A DNA stretch of 64,000 nt, taken from the NCBI GenBank assembly GCA_052388025.1, contig JBQTIP010000020.1, positions 14,332-78,331 on the forward strand. The letters run 5' to 3'. Source of the DNA: Actinomycetota bacterium. GTDB taxonomy: Bacteria > Actinomycetota > UBA4738 > HRBIN12. How positions within the stretch are numbered: the first letter of the stretch is position 1; every line of letters starts with the position of its first letter. The notes below the pieces were generated by a model. The model did not search any database. It was not told the origin of the DNA and worked only from the letters and a program-made list of their open reading frames with translations. This document shows positions 39,268-49,504 of the stretch, in pieces. A program made the translations under genes and the position numbers.

Positions 39268-40362
39268 TCAACGGCGCGCTTCGACGATACGAGCCCCGCC
39301 GAGGAGCTCATCGCCCCGGTAGAACACGACGCTCTGACCGGGTGCGACGCCGCGCTGGGGTACGCGGAACTCGACATGAAGGCGGTCGCCGTCGGTCTCG
39401 ACAACGGCCGGCACGTCGTCTCCCCTGTAGCGCAGCCGGACCTCGGCCTCGAACGGTCCACCCGACGGCGACTCACCGACGACCCACGACGCCCGGTCGG
39501 CCACCAGCCCTCGGCGGGCCAGCAGCTCACCGGGCCCGACCAAGACGCGATTCCGGTCCCCTTCGATGTCGATCACGTACGTACGCTCGCCGGTGGAGAC
39601 GCCCAGACCGCGACGCTGGCCGATCGTGTACCGGAACGAGCCGCGATGTGTACCCACGATGGTCCCGTCCGGGTCCACGATCTCCCCGTCGCGGACGAGG
39701 TGCGGCGCATGCTCCTCGAGGAACGCGGCGTGATCGGCGCCCGGTACGAAGCACACCTCCTGCGAGTCCGGCTTCCGTGCCACACGTAGGCCTAAGCGCT
39801 CGGCGTGAGCCCGCGTCTCGGCCTTCGGCATCGAGCCGACCGGGAACAGCGACCGCGCGAGCTGCTCCTGGCCGAGCATGTGCAGCATGTAGGACTGGTC
39901 CTTGCCGCGGTCGACGCCCTTGTGCAGGTGCCAGCGACCGCCCGGGTCCCCTTCGGTTCGCACGTAATGACCGGTCGCGACGAAGTCGACCCCGAGCTCG
40001 TCGGCGCGCTCGAGGAACGCCCCGAACTTGATGTGCTCGTTGCAGCGGGCACATGGGTTCGGCGTCCGCCCGGCCTCGTGCTCGGCGAAGAAATCCGCCA
40101 GCACCGTCCGCTCGAAGACCGGCGACATGTCCACGACCTCGAAAGGGAACCCGCCGATCCGGGCGACTTCGGCCGCGTCGGCCCGGGCCTCCGGGCCGCA
40201 GCAGCCGTGCTCTACGCCGTCCAGGTACACGAGGTTCATGTGCGACCCCAGCACCTCGTAGCCCCGCTCGGCGAGCAGGCAGGCGGCGACCGACGAGTCC
40301 ACCCCGCCCGACATCGCGACCAGGACCGATCCTTTGGAACCCACGGCGTTCGAGGCTAGCAC
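39268..40362 (-). CDS. mnmA: tRNA-specific 2-thiouridylase
   Basis: PP-loop VAMSGGVDSSVAA, catalytic Cys region NPCARCNEHIKF; 364 aa. Confidence 0.9.
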   Translation of the reverse strand: MLASNAVGSKGSVLVAMSGGVDSSVAACLLAERGYEVLGSHMNLVYLDGVEHGCCGPEARADAAEVARIGGFPFEVVDMSPVFERTVLADFFAEHEAGRTPNPCARCNEHIKFGAFLERADELGVDFVATGHYVRTEGDPGGRWHLHKGVDRGKDQSYMLHMLGQEQLARSLFPVGSMPKAETRAHAERLGLRVARKPDSQEVCFVPGADHAAFLEEHAPHLVRDGEIVDPDGTIVGTHRGSFRYTIGQRRGLGVSTGERTYVIDIEGDRNRVLVGPGELLARRGLVADRASWVVGESPSGGPFEAEVRLRYRGDDVPAVVETDGDRLHVEFRVPQRGVAPGQSVVFYRGDELLGGARIVEARR

Positions 40363-40374
40363 GGGGCGGCGACG

Positions 40375-41007
40375 CTACCGGGTGCGAACGGCCGAGCCAA
40401 GGACGTGGGGCTTCGCCAGCAGCGTGCCCGGCTCGTCGAACCGCTCGATCTCCTCGATCTCGAAGCCGGCCGCCCCGATAGCGGCCACCGAGTCCCGGTT
40501 CGGGTGGCAGCCGGCGCCGAAGAATCCCCACGGGCGCTCGAAGCGGTCCTGCCATCGGGCAAATCCCGCGGCCTGCGCCCGGACGTGCTCATAGAACAGC
40601 AGCCGCCCACCGGGTTTCAGCACCCGGCGGGCTTGCCCGAGCGAGGCCTGCACGTCCGTGACCGAGCAGAGCACGAGGGTCGCGACGACCGTATCCGCGG
40701 AGCCATCTGGCAGCGGGAGCGACTCGGCGCCGGCCTCGACCACGCGGACCGGGACCCGCGACTCCGCCGCCGCCGCGCGCAGGCGCTTCAGCATGTGCGG
40801 GTCGGGCTCGGTGGCTAACACCTCGGTCACACCGGCCGGGTAGTGGGGGAAGTTGAGGCCTGTCCCGGCCCCGATCTCGACGACGACTCCCTCGGCCCGC
40901 GAGAGCAGCTTCCGTCGATGTTCGGCAGCGCCTCTCCGCTCGGCGCCCGGCGACAGATGTGCGTAGAACCACGCGAAGACCCGATGGCCCTTGTCCGAGC
41001 CCTCCAT
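40375..41007 (-). CDS. Class I SAM-dependent methyltransferase (Methyltransf_11-like)
   Basis: Motif I VVEIGAGTGLNF, post-I acidic region, motif II LKPGGRLLFYEH; ATG 41007. Confidence 0.75.
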   Translation of the reverse strand: MEGSDKGHRVFAWFYAHLSPGAERRGAAEHRRKLLSRAEGVVVEIGAGTGLNFPHYPAGVTEVLATEPDPHMLKRLRAAAAESRVPVRVVEAGAESLPLPDGSADTVVATLVLCSVTDVQASLGQARRVLKPGGRLLFYEHVRAQAAGFARWQDRFERPWGFFGAGCHPNRDSVAAIGAAGFEIEEIERFDEPGTLLAKPHVLGSAVRTR

Positions 41008-41008
41008 A

Positions 41009-44000
41009 TCACGAGACCCGGGCCGCGCCGACCCCCGTCCGTTCCAGCCGCTCGAGCCAGGGCCTTGCCCGCAATCGCTCGAAGATCTCGCGGGCCTCAT
41101 CGAGCAACGACTTGGCTTCATCGCTACGGCCCTGAGCGACGAGCCACTCGCCGTGCTCGAGAAGCGTCACGGCCATCCAGAACGGGACGGCCATCTCCCG
41201 GAACATGCCGGTAGCGTTCTTGAAGCCCGGCTCGACCCGATCGGATTCGCCGCGCGACGCCGCGAGGCGAGAGCGAAATCGGCGCGAGTGCGCGTCCAGA
41301 TACTGGGGGCGTCGTCCCTGCGGAAGCCCATCGACCACGCCGAGAAGTCGCTCGACCGTGCCTGTGTCTTCGACCGCGAAGGCGGCCTCCACGGCTTCGA
41401 CGAACCCATCTTTGACGGCCTCGTGCCCGATTCCCAGATCGTCCCATGCTTCGAAGGCGGCCGACGCCAGCTCCAGGGCCTCTGCGGCTCTGCCCTCCGC
41501 TCGGGCCAGGGCGGCGTCCCCGACGGCGGAGCTGGCACGCTCCTGGACGTCCGCGGACTTGTCGACCTCGCCGAAGAGCTCGTGGGCTCTCCTCGCTTGC
41601 CCGATCTCGCCTCGATGGATGTGGATAAGGGGCACAGCGGCGAGGAGGCAGATGAAGGGGAGCCGAGCTTGCTGACCGGCCTCCTGCGGGAGCCCGGAGG
41701 CCATGTCCAGCGCCTCGTCCCATTCGCCGAGCGCCACCATCGGATATATCTGACCCAGGAACTGCCACTCCTGCTGGCGGTGGCCGACCCTCCGAGCGAG
41801 GGTAAGGCCCTTCACCAGGTACTCGCGCGCCTCCTGGAACACGTCGGACTGGATCCCGGCGTCGACGAGGTTGAAATAGGCACGGAGGGCCGCCGAGGGG
41901 ACCTCGTTCTCCAGAGCCATGTCGAGGGCCTTCTGCAACAGCGCGGACGCTTCACGCTTTCGGCCCCTCACGAGCAGCGTGATGCTCTTCGTGTTCAGCG
42001 CTTGCGAGAGCACCTCCGGGAGCCCCAGCGCCTCGGCGATGTCGAGCGCGGTCTCGATCCGCTCGGCGGCCGCTTCCGCGTCGCCGGAGAAGTACAGCAG
42101 CCGGCCCACCTCCGCAGCGAGCGTCGCCAGGTCTTCGTCCGGCTCCTCGCCGGAGAGCACCTTGAAGGAGCCATCCATCCGCTCGACGGCCTCGGCGAAG
42201 CGGCCCTGTCCCACATGACCTCCGCGAGCCGCGCCGAGACGCGAGCCGCCGGATGGGTCTGCCCGTGCGCCTCGAACGCAGCGATCGACCGCTCGAAACG
42301 CTCGGTCGCCACCTCGCCCCTCCCTCCCTTCCACGCCATCATGCCCGCGCGCTCGAGCAGCCCGGCTTCTTCCAGGGGCTCCTCCGCGAGCTCCGCCGCC
42401 TGCTCGAAGTGGCGCTGCGCCTCCGCGCTGGCGGCCAGCGACTCCGCGCGCTCCCCGGCCCTGATCAGCATCTCCTTCGCCTTGACCCTGATCGCATCCG
42501 CGTCGTCCGCGTCGGGGGCTGTCCGATACGCGTCGAGGTAATGCGCCGCGACCACCTCGACGATCTCCTCCTCCTCGGCGCCCAAGCCGGATTCGAGGAA
42601 CGTCGCCGCGGCGAGGTGGCGCCCCCTACGCTCCTTCTTCGACATCGTGTCGTAGGCGACCTTCTTCACCAGGTCCTGGAGGAAGCCGTACTGCCCTCGC
42701 TCGGGCGACATCGGGTCGGCGGAGAGCGAGAGCACCTCCTTCCGGACCAGGGACGACAGAAGCGCCTCCAGCTCGTCCTCGGCGAAGCCCGTCATCGCCG
42801 AGAGCCCCCGGATCGTGAACGTGCGGCCCAGGACGGAAGCGTCCTGAAGCATGCGGCGCTCCTCCGCCGCGAGGCCGTCGAGGCGCGCGGCGATCAACGC
42901 CTGGAGCGTCTCGGGCACCTCCAGCGTCTCGATCGGTCCCTCGGTTCGGTACGCGTTCCCCTCGCGGACGATGAGCCCCCGGTCGAGCAACATCCGCACC
43001 GTCTCGACCGCGTAGAACGGGACGCCCTCGGCCCGATCGAGAATCCGCGCCCGGAGGTCGTCGGGTAGGCCGGGGACCGGTCCCGTCAGGAGCGTCTCCA
43101 TCGCCTCCGGCGGCAGCGGCTCGAGGAACTGGGACGTGAACGCCCTCTTGCCGGCTCCCCAGGTCGGACGTCGCTCCATCAGCTCGGGCCGGGCGAGCGT
43201 GAGCACGAAGATCGGGTGGTCGCGGGACCAGTCCAGCACGTATTCGACGAAGTCCAGCAACGCGCTGTCCGCCCAATGGACGTCCTCGAAGACCAGCACC
43301 ACCGGCAGGGTCTCCGACATGCGCTCGAAGAGGATCCGCCAGGCCGAGAACAGGTTCTCCTGGTCGCCGGGGCCGCGGTCTTCGAGGCCGAGCAGCTGGG
43401 CGAGGCGCGGCTCGACGAACCGGCGCTCGGCGGGATCCGGTACGTGCTCGTCGATGGCGGCCCGGAGCTTCTCGGAGGCGGACCGCGCCTCCTCGTCCTC
43501 GACGATCCCGGCGCGCATGCGCACCATCTCGGCCAGCGCCCAGAAGGCGACGCCCTCGCCATAGGCCAGGCAGCGGCCGTGGTGCCATCACGCGTCGACG
43601 GCCAAACCGTCGATGTACTTCTCGAATTCCCAGGCCAGGCGGGACTTCCCAATCCCCCCGATCCCCATGACCGAGACGATGTGCGCCTTGCGCTCCTCAG
43701 CGCAGGCGTGGAAGAGCTCCTTGATCAGACGTAGCTCCCTGTCGCGCCCGACGAACGGGGGCTCGATGCCGGCCGACTTCACCGCGCCGCGGCGCAACCC
43801 GACGACGCGGACGGCTCGCCAAAGCGGTATCGGCTCCGCTTTCCCCTTCAGCTCGTGTGCGCCGGCCTCCTCGTAGACGATCGCGGCCTCGGAGGCCCGC
43901 CTAGTGGCCTCGCCTACGTAAACCGCTCCTGGCGGCGCGACGGACTGGGCCCTTGAAGCCGTGTTGACGAGGTTACCGGCCACCATGCCCTGGCCCTCGG

Positions 44001-44547
44001 CGCCGATCGTCACGGCGGCCTCGCCGGTCAGCACACCGGCGCGGGCCCGAAGGTCGGGCGCTCCCACCTCCTGCCCGAGGGCCGCCACGGCGGCGGTGAG
44101 GTCGAGGGCGGCGCGGACCGCCCGCTCGGGGTCGTCCTCGTTGGCGGTGGGCGCGCCCCATACCGCCATGACCGCGTCACCGATGAACTTCTCGATCGTG
44201 CCTCCGTAGCGCACGATCAGCTGGCGGCAGGTGTCGAAGTACCGCGTGAGGAGCTCGCGGACCTCCTCGGCGTCCCTGTCCTCCGACAACGTGGTGAATC
44301 CCACGAGATCGGCGAACAGGACCGAGACCAGGCGGCGCTCGGCGACTGGCGCCTCGCGCGCGGCTGCGGTCGGGGGCGGTGAGGCCGACGCGACTGCCGA
44401 CAGCGCACCGCCGCATTCGCCGCAGAACTTCAGGCCGGGAGCATTGGCCGTCCCGCAGCTTGGACAGGCGACCGCGAGCGGCTTCCCGCACTCTCCGCAG
44501 AACTTCCGGCCCGGTTCGTTCTCCGTGCCGCACGCCGTGCAGCGCAT
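41009..44547 (-). pseudogene. Large multidomain signalling protein, disrupted: double zinc-ribbon, class III adenylate/guanylate cyclase, AAA/STAND NTPase and TPR domains
   Basis: From ATG 44547: CxxC zinc ribbons (CTACGTENEPGRKFCGECG, CPSCGTANAPGLKFCGECG), cyclase core (VLFADLVGFT...FIGDAVMAVWGAP), P-loop GIGGIGKSRLA, then TPR-rich helical region. An in-frame TGA at 43588-43590 (...YIDGLAVDA*WHHGRCLAYGEG...) and a frameshift near 42194-42212 split it into three ORFs. Confidence 0.7.
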
Positions 44548-44654
44548 GTGCTCCCCTCGACGGACTGCCAGGGGAGAGCGTATCGGAGGCGCCCCGGTCC
44601 GTGCGGCCCTCCCGCTGCGGGTATCCTCCCCTCTATCGCTCGTCCCGAGGAACG

Positions 44655-45428
44655 GTGTTATTGAACGTCGTCGTCCTAGCGAAGTACGTTCCGGAGCCCC
44701 AGGGCGTCCCGAAGATGGGCCCCGACTTCCTGCTCGTCCGGGAGGGCGTGGAGGGAGCGCTCGACCCGGGCGACGAGTACGCCCTCGAGGCCGGGCTCCA
44801 GATCGCCGAGTCATCCGGCGGCGAGGTCACGGTCGTCTCCATGGGCCCGGAGCCGGCCATGGCCGCCATCCGCCGGGCCCTTTCGATGGGCGCCCACCGG
44901 GCCGTTCTCGTCACCGACGACGCCCTGCGGGGCGCCGACGCGTTGGTGACAGCCAGGGTCCTCGCGGCGGCCGTCCGGCGTGCCCCGTTCGACCTCGTCA
45001 TCGCGGGCGTGGAGTCCACCGACGGCTACACGGGGACGCTCGCCATGACCGTCGCGGAGCTGCTCGGGGTACCGAGCGCCACCTTCGCCCGACGCCTCGA
45101 GGTCGCCGACGGAGCCCTCCGCGTCGAGCGGCAGACCGAGGCCGGATACGACGTCGTCGAGTGCCCGCTCCCGGCAGTCGCCACCGTGACGGCCGGCGCC
45201 ACCGAGCCCCGATACCCCACGCTGAAGGGGATCATGCAGGCGAAGCAGAAGCCCGTCGAGCGGCTCTCCGTCGCCGACCTCGGCCTGTCGCCCGGCCAGG
45301 TGACGCCGACGCAAGCGGTCGTCGCCGTCGAGGCCGCGCCCGAGAAGGGACCGGGCGAGGTGATCCAGGGCGGGGACGACGCAGCCGCCCGGGTCGCCGA
45401 CCTCCTCTCCGAGGCGAAGGTGATCTGA
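44655..45428 (+). CDS. etfB: Electron transfer flavoprotein beta subunit
   Basis: N-terminus NVVVLAKYVPEP and C-terminal region PRYPTLKGIMQAKQKP are canonical EtfB; GTG 44655 (TTG 44661 is an alternative start). Confidence 0.85.
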   Translation: MLLNVVVLAKYVPEPQGVPKMGPDFLLVREGVEGALDPGDEYALEAGLQIAESSGGEVTVVSMGPEPAMAAIRRALSMGAHRAVLVTDDALRGADALVTARVLAAAVRRAPFDLVIAGVESTDGYTGTLAMTVAELLGVPSATFARRLEVADGALRVERQTEAGYDVVECPLPAVATVTAGATEPRYPTLKGIMQAKQKPVERLSVADLGLSPGQVTPTQAVVAVEAAPEKGPGEVIQGGDDAAARVADLLSEAKVI

Positions 45429-45429
45429 C

Positions 45430-46389
45430 GTGGCGAAGGTGTGGGTGTACGCGGACGTAGGCTCGAACGGGGCGAGCCCCGGCGCCCTCGAGCTGCTCAC
45501 GAAGGCCCGGTCCCTGGCCGACACCGTCGAGGCCGTCGCCCTGGGACCGGGAGCCACGGACGCCGCGCCCGCCCTCGGCAAGCACGGGGCGCAGACGGTT
45601 TACGCAAGCGACGACGGCGTCTATCGCGAGTACCTCGCCCAGCCCGCGGCCCACGCGCTCGCCGAGCTGGCCGCCGAGCACAGCCCGAACCTGATCCTCT
45701 TCGCGATGAGCTACGACTCACGGGACGTGGCCGGGCGCCTCCAGGCGAAGACCGGCTCCACTCTCATGAGCAACGCCACCGACGTGCTCGGCCTCGATCG
45801 GGCCCGGACGGAGATCTTCGGCGGGACGAAGATCGTGGACGTCGAGCTCGGCGGCCCCGACCCCAAGCTCGTCGCCGTCCGGCCGAAGTCGTTCCCCGCC
45901 GAGCCGTCGGGAGAAACGGCGAACGTCGTCGCCGTCACGATCGAGATCCCGAATGACCTGCGGCTGGCCCGTCGGACGGAGCAGCACGAGGAAACCGCAA
46001 CGGGGCCGAAGCTCGAGGAGGCCAAGGTCGTGATCGCGGGCGGCCGGGGCCTTCAGGACCCCTCGAACTTCGCCCTACTGGACCAGCTCGCGGCCTCCAT
46101 CGGCCACGCCGCGGTGGGCGCTAGCCGCGCCGTTGTGGACTCGGGCTGGGTGCCGTACAACCGCCAGATCGGGCAGACCGGCAAGACCGTGAAGCCCGAG
46201 GTCTACATCGCCGTCGGGATCAGCGGCGCGACGCAGCATCTCGTGGGCATGAAGCAGTCCAAGCGGATCGTCGCGATCAACAAGGACCCAGACGCCCCGA
46301 TCTTCAAGATCGCGGACCTCGGGGTCGTGGGCGACGCGCTTACCTTGATACCACGGGTCATCGAGCAGATCCAGGCCCGCAAGGGCTGA
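45430..46389 (+). CDS. etfA: Electron transfer flavoprotein alpha subunit
   Basis: FAD-binding C-terminal domain (PEVYIAVGISGATQHLVGM, KDPDAPIF); GTG start 1 nt after the etfB stop. Confidence 0.9.
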   Translation: MAKVWVYADVGSNGASPGALELLTKARSLADTVEAVALGPGATDAAPALGKHGAQTVYASDDGVYREYLAQPAAHALAELAAEHSPNLILFAMSYDSRDVAGRLQAKTGSTLMSNATDVLGLDRARTEIFGGTKIVDVELGGPDPKLVAVRPKSFPAEPSGETANVVAVTIEIPNDLRLARRTEQHEETATGPKLEEAKVVIAGGRGLQDPSNFALLDQLAASIGHAAVGASRAVVDSGWVPYNRQIGQTGKTVKPEVYIAVGISGATQHLVGMKQSKRIVAINKDPDAPIFKIADLGVVGDALTLIPRVIEQIQARKG

Positions 46390-46428
46390 GCGCCGGATGG
46401 GCGCCCTCTCCCGCTCCGGAGCTTCGCA

Positions 46429-48204
46429 GTGATCGAGGTGCGGTTCGACGACCTGACGCCGGGCGGCTCCTCGTTCCGGCTCGTCGGACCGGTCGGCGTC
46501 GTGGAGGCCCACCGGACGGACGAGGTTCCGTCCGCGATCGAAGCGCTCGAGGCCGCCGCAGTCCGGGGGCTGTGGGGGGCCGGGTTCGTCGCCTACGAGG
46601 CCGCCCCCGGGCTCGATCCCGCTCTCACCGTTCGCCCGCGTGAGCCGAAGGGCCCGTTCGCCCGCCTCCCGCTCGTGTGGTTCGCCATGTTCGAAGGCCG
46701 GGAGGAGCACGCCCCGCCCGAGCCCCCGCCCGACGGGCCGGTCCAGCCGGTGGAGTCCCCATGGCGCCCGTCGATCGGCCGCGCGACCTACGACTCATCG
46801 ATCGCGCGCATCCGCGAGCACATCGCCGACGGCGACACGTACCAGATCAACTACACGTTCCGGCTCCGGGCCGAGTCCCAAGGCGAGGAACGCGATTTCT
46901 ACCGCGACCTCTGCCTCGCGCAGCGAGCGGCGTACTGCGCCTACCTGAGCACGGGCCGGTATCGCGTGCTGTCGGCCTCCCCGGAGCTGTTCTTCCGGAT
47001 CGACGGCCCGCGGATCACCACCCGGCCGATGAAGGGCACGGCGCCCCGCGGACGCTGGCCGGCTGAGGACGAGGCGGCGGCCGGGCGCCTGCAAGCCTCC
47101 GCGAAGGATCGCGCGGAGAACGCGATGATCGTCGACCTGCTCCGCAACGACCTCGGCCGCATGGCCGAGACCGGCTCGGTCGAGGTTGACCACATGTTCG
47201 AGGCCGAACGGTACGAGACGGTCTGGCAGCTCACCTCGACGATCGGCGCACGCCTCCGGCCCGGGACCGGGCTGGCCGGCGTCTTCCGCGCTCTCTTTCC
47301 CAGCGGCTCCGTGACGGGCGCGCCCAAGGTGAGCAGCACGCGGATCATCGCCGGCCTCGAGGACTCGCCGAGGGGCGTCTACACGGGCGCAGTCGGCTGG
47401 GTCGCGCCGCACGGCTCGGGCGGTCCGTCGGCCTCGTTCAACGTCGCCATCCGGACCGTGGTCCTCGACACGGAGGCGGGCATCGCGGAGTACGGGACCG
47501 GCGGCGGCATCACGTGGGATTCCTCGGCCGCAGGGGAGTACGACGAGGCCGTGACCAAGGCCCAGGTGCTCACTCTGAGGCGCCCGCGCTTCGACCTGCT
47601 CGAGACGCTTCGACACGAGCCGGAGCGAGGGTTCCTCCGGCTCGCCGAGCACCTCGAGCGCCTCTCCGGATCTGCGCGCTACTTCGGGTTCCGGTTCGAC
47701 CCCGAGGCGGCTTCACGGGCCCTCGAGAAGGCGGCGGCCGATCTGGGCGAGGAGGTCGCGCGCGTCCGCCTCACGCTGGCGAAGTACGGCGACGTGGCCG
47801 CGTCGGCCACACGGCTCCCGCCGGCGCCGGACGGACCCGTACGTCTCGCGGTGGACGACGAGCCGGTCGACCCCGACGACGTGATGCTCTTCCACAAGAC
47901 CACTCACCGCGACGCCTACCTTCGGCGGGAGCGGCGGCACCCGGAGGCCGGCGACGTGATCCTGGTGAACACGCGAGGAGAGGTCACCGAGACCACCATC
48001 GCCAACCTCGCCGTCCGCCTGGACGGACGCTGGTGGACCCCGCCGCTCGACTCGGGGCTCCTCCCCGGCGTCTACCGGACCGTGCTGCTACGTGAGGGGA
48101 AGCTCGACGAGCGGCCCATCAGGATCGAGGACCTCGCGGCTGCGGAGGAGATCGCGCTGGTCTCCTCGGTAAGGCTGTGGCGGAAGGCGGTACTGATCGG
48201 ATGA
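46429..48204 (+). CDS. Aminodeoxychorismate synthase component I fused to aminodeoxychorismate lyase (PabB-PabC fusion)
   Basis: Chorismate-binding domain (TYQINYTFRL, PSGSVTGAPK, GGGITWDS), then a class IV aminotransferase-fold C-terminal domain of about 200 aa; 591 aa. Confidence 0.85.
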   Translation: MIEVRFDDLTPGGSSFRLVGPVGVVEAHRTDEVPSAIEALEAAAVRGLWGAGFVAYEAAPGLDPALTVRPREPKGPFARLPLVWFAMFEGREEHAPPEPPPDGPVQPVESPWRPSIGRATYDSSIARIREHIADGDTYQINYTFRLRAESQGEERDFYRDLCLAQRAAYCAYLSTGRYRVLSASPELFFRIDGPRITTRPMKGTAPRGRWPAEDEAAAGRLQASAKDRAENAMIVDLLRNDLGRMAETGSVEVDHMFEAERYETVWQLTSTIGARLRPGTGLAGVFRALFPSGSVTGAPKVSSTRIIAGLEDSPRGVYTGAVGWVAPHGSGGPSASFNVAIRTVVLDTEAGIAEYGTGGGITWDSSAAGEYDEAVTKAQVLTLRRPRFDLLETLRHEPERGFLRLAEHLERLSGSARYFGFRFDPEAASRALEKAAADLGEEVARVRLTLAKYGDVAASATRLPPAPDGPVRLAVDDEPVDPDDVMLFHKTTHRDAYLRRERRHPEAGDVILVNTRGEVTETTIANLAVRLDGRWWTPPLDSGLLPGVYRTVLLREGKLDERPIRIEDLAAAEEIALVSSVRLWRKAVLIG

Positions 48205-48452
48205 GCCGCCGACGGGTTCCCCACGATCCGAACGTCGTCACCGTCTACCTCGGTCAATTCACGCGTGAAGGCGCGAACCGGATCGCCGGCGAGCTGGAGA
48301 AGGCCGGGATCGTCTGGTGGTACAAGGAGCCGGGGCTCATCAGCCAGATCTGGGAGTACGGCGTTCGCCTCTTCGTCGACAGGAATCGCCTGGCGGACGC
48401 CAAGTCGATCGTCGACCGGTTGCGGACGAAGAGCGAGAGCCCCGGCGGCTGA
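48201..48452 (+). CDS. Small hypothetical protein (DUF2007-like)
   Basis: 83 aa; ATG overlaps the pabBC stop (ATGA); sequence VVTVYLGQFTREGANRIAGELEKAGIVWWYK resembles small putative signal-transduction DUF2007 proteins. Confidence 0.4.
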   Translation: MSRRRVPHDPNVVTVYLGQFTREGANRIAGELEKAGIVWWYKEPGLISQIWEYGVRLFVDRNRLADAKSIVDRLRTKSESPGG

Positions 48453-48613
48453 GGCTCGGGCGCGGAGCTCCCCTGAGACGGTTTCGTTCCGGCGACACGC
48501 CCCAGGTCGCGCACGAACCGCCTCTCCCCGAGACCGCGATCCGGGGGGAGCGGTCTCTCCCAGAGTGCTCGGCCTCACGGCGCACAGCCGTTACCCGAGA
48601 GGCCCGGAAAGCC

Positions 48614-48641
48614 GGAAGCCCTCCCGGCCGGGAGGGCTTCC
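48614..48641. terminator. Perfect 28-bp GC-rich palindrome (GGAAGCCCTCCCGG|CCGGGAGGGCTTCC), candidate bidirectional terminator between convergent genes
   Basis: Read directly from the sequence; a second 8-bp-stem hairpin (GAGACCGC...GCGGTCTC) lies at about 48532-48564. Confidence 0.5.
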
Positions 48642-48668
48642 TGTGGGGCCTGGGTCGATCGCTCGGCG

Positions 48669-48872
48669 CTAGGCCGCTTCCTTGCGCCTGCGCTTTCCTC
48701 GCGAGATGAACTCGTGCACGGGTTCGTGCTGCCAGCAGAACTGCCAGCGGTTGTATATCGACAGCTTCGTCTGGCATCCCTCGGCCGCGCAGACGCGGCC
48801 CTCCGGATAGGTGCGGTTCGCTCGCGGGAGCTCGCGGATCCGCGCCCCCCGGTAGACGCTGTCTGATGGCAT
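48669..48872 (-). CDS. Small basic Cys-rich (zinc-ribbon-like) hypothetical protein
   Basis: 67 aa; CAAEGCQTKLSIYNRWQFCWQHE (C-x4-C ... C-x2-H) and a lysine/arginine-rich C-terminus; family not identified. Confidence 0.4.
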   Translation of the reverse strand: MPSDSVYRGARIRELPRANRTYPEGRVCAAEGCQTKLSIYNRWQFCWQHEPVHEFISRGKRRRKEAA

Positions 48873-49002
48873 CGTTCTGTCCCTCGCTTCGGGCTACGGG
48901 CGGGTCCCGCGCTGAAGATTCCTCATGTATTCGAACGATGAGGGGCTACGGTTCGTTCCCGAGTGGAGATGCGGAACTAGCGGAAAACCCGGGGTGACCG
49001 CC

Positions 49003-49491
49003 TCAGTCGGTCTCCAGGCGGCTCATCAGCGCCTCCGTCGAGGACGTGAGCTGCACGACCCGGGGCGTGAAACCGAGGCCCTCCCAGAAGCTGAGCGCAC
49101 CCTCGTTGGGCGCGAACGTCTTCAGCTCGATCCAGCCGACACCGCGCTCCGTCGCGAAGCGACCGGCCTCCTGGAGCAAGGCCCGCCCGACTCCGCGCCC
49201 GCGGTACCCGGCCCGCACTACGACGCCGGAGATCTCCAGCGCTCGTTCGTCGGAGAAGCGGGAGGGCGTGTGGATCTCGCCGTAGGCCATGCCCACGACC
49301 TCGCCCTCGTGCTCGGAGACCAGGACCACGGCATCCGGCGTCTCCATGGCCTCCCGGTACTTCGTGCCGACCTCGTCGTAGAAGCCGGGCCGCGGGGTGA
49401 AGACCCGCCAGTCCCGCTGCATCCGGTCGAGCTCCTGGAACAGCGCCACCAGGGCTGGGAGGTCCTCTGGGGTCGCCTGCCTGACCTTCAC
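49003..49491 (-). CDS. GNAT-family N-acetyltransferase
   Basis: Acetyl-CoA motif A RGYRGRGVGRALL; 162 aa. Confidence 0.8.
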   Translation of the reverse strand: MKVRQATPEDLPALVALFQELDRMQRDWRVFTPRPGFYDEVGTKYREAMETPDAVVLVSEHEGEVVGMAYGEIHTPSRFSDERALEISGVVVRAGYRGRGVGRALLQEAGRFATERGVGWIELKTFAPNEGALSFWEGLGFTPRVVQLTSSTEALMSRLETD

Positions 49492-49504
49492 GCCGTCTCG
49501 CCTC

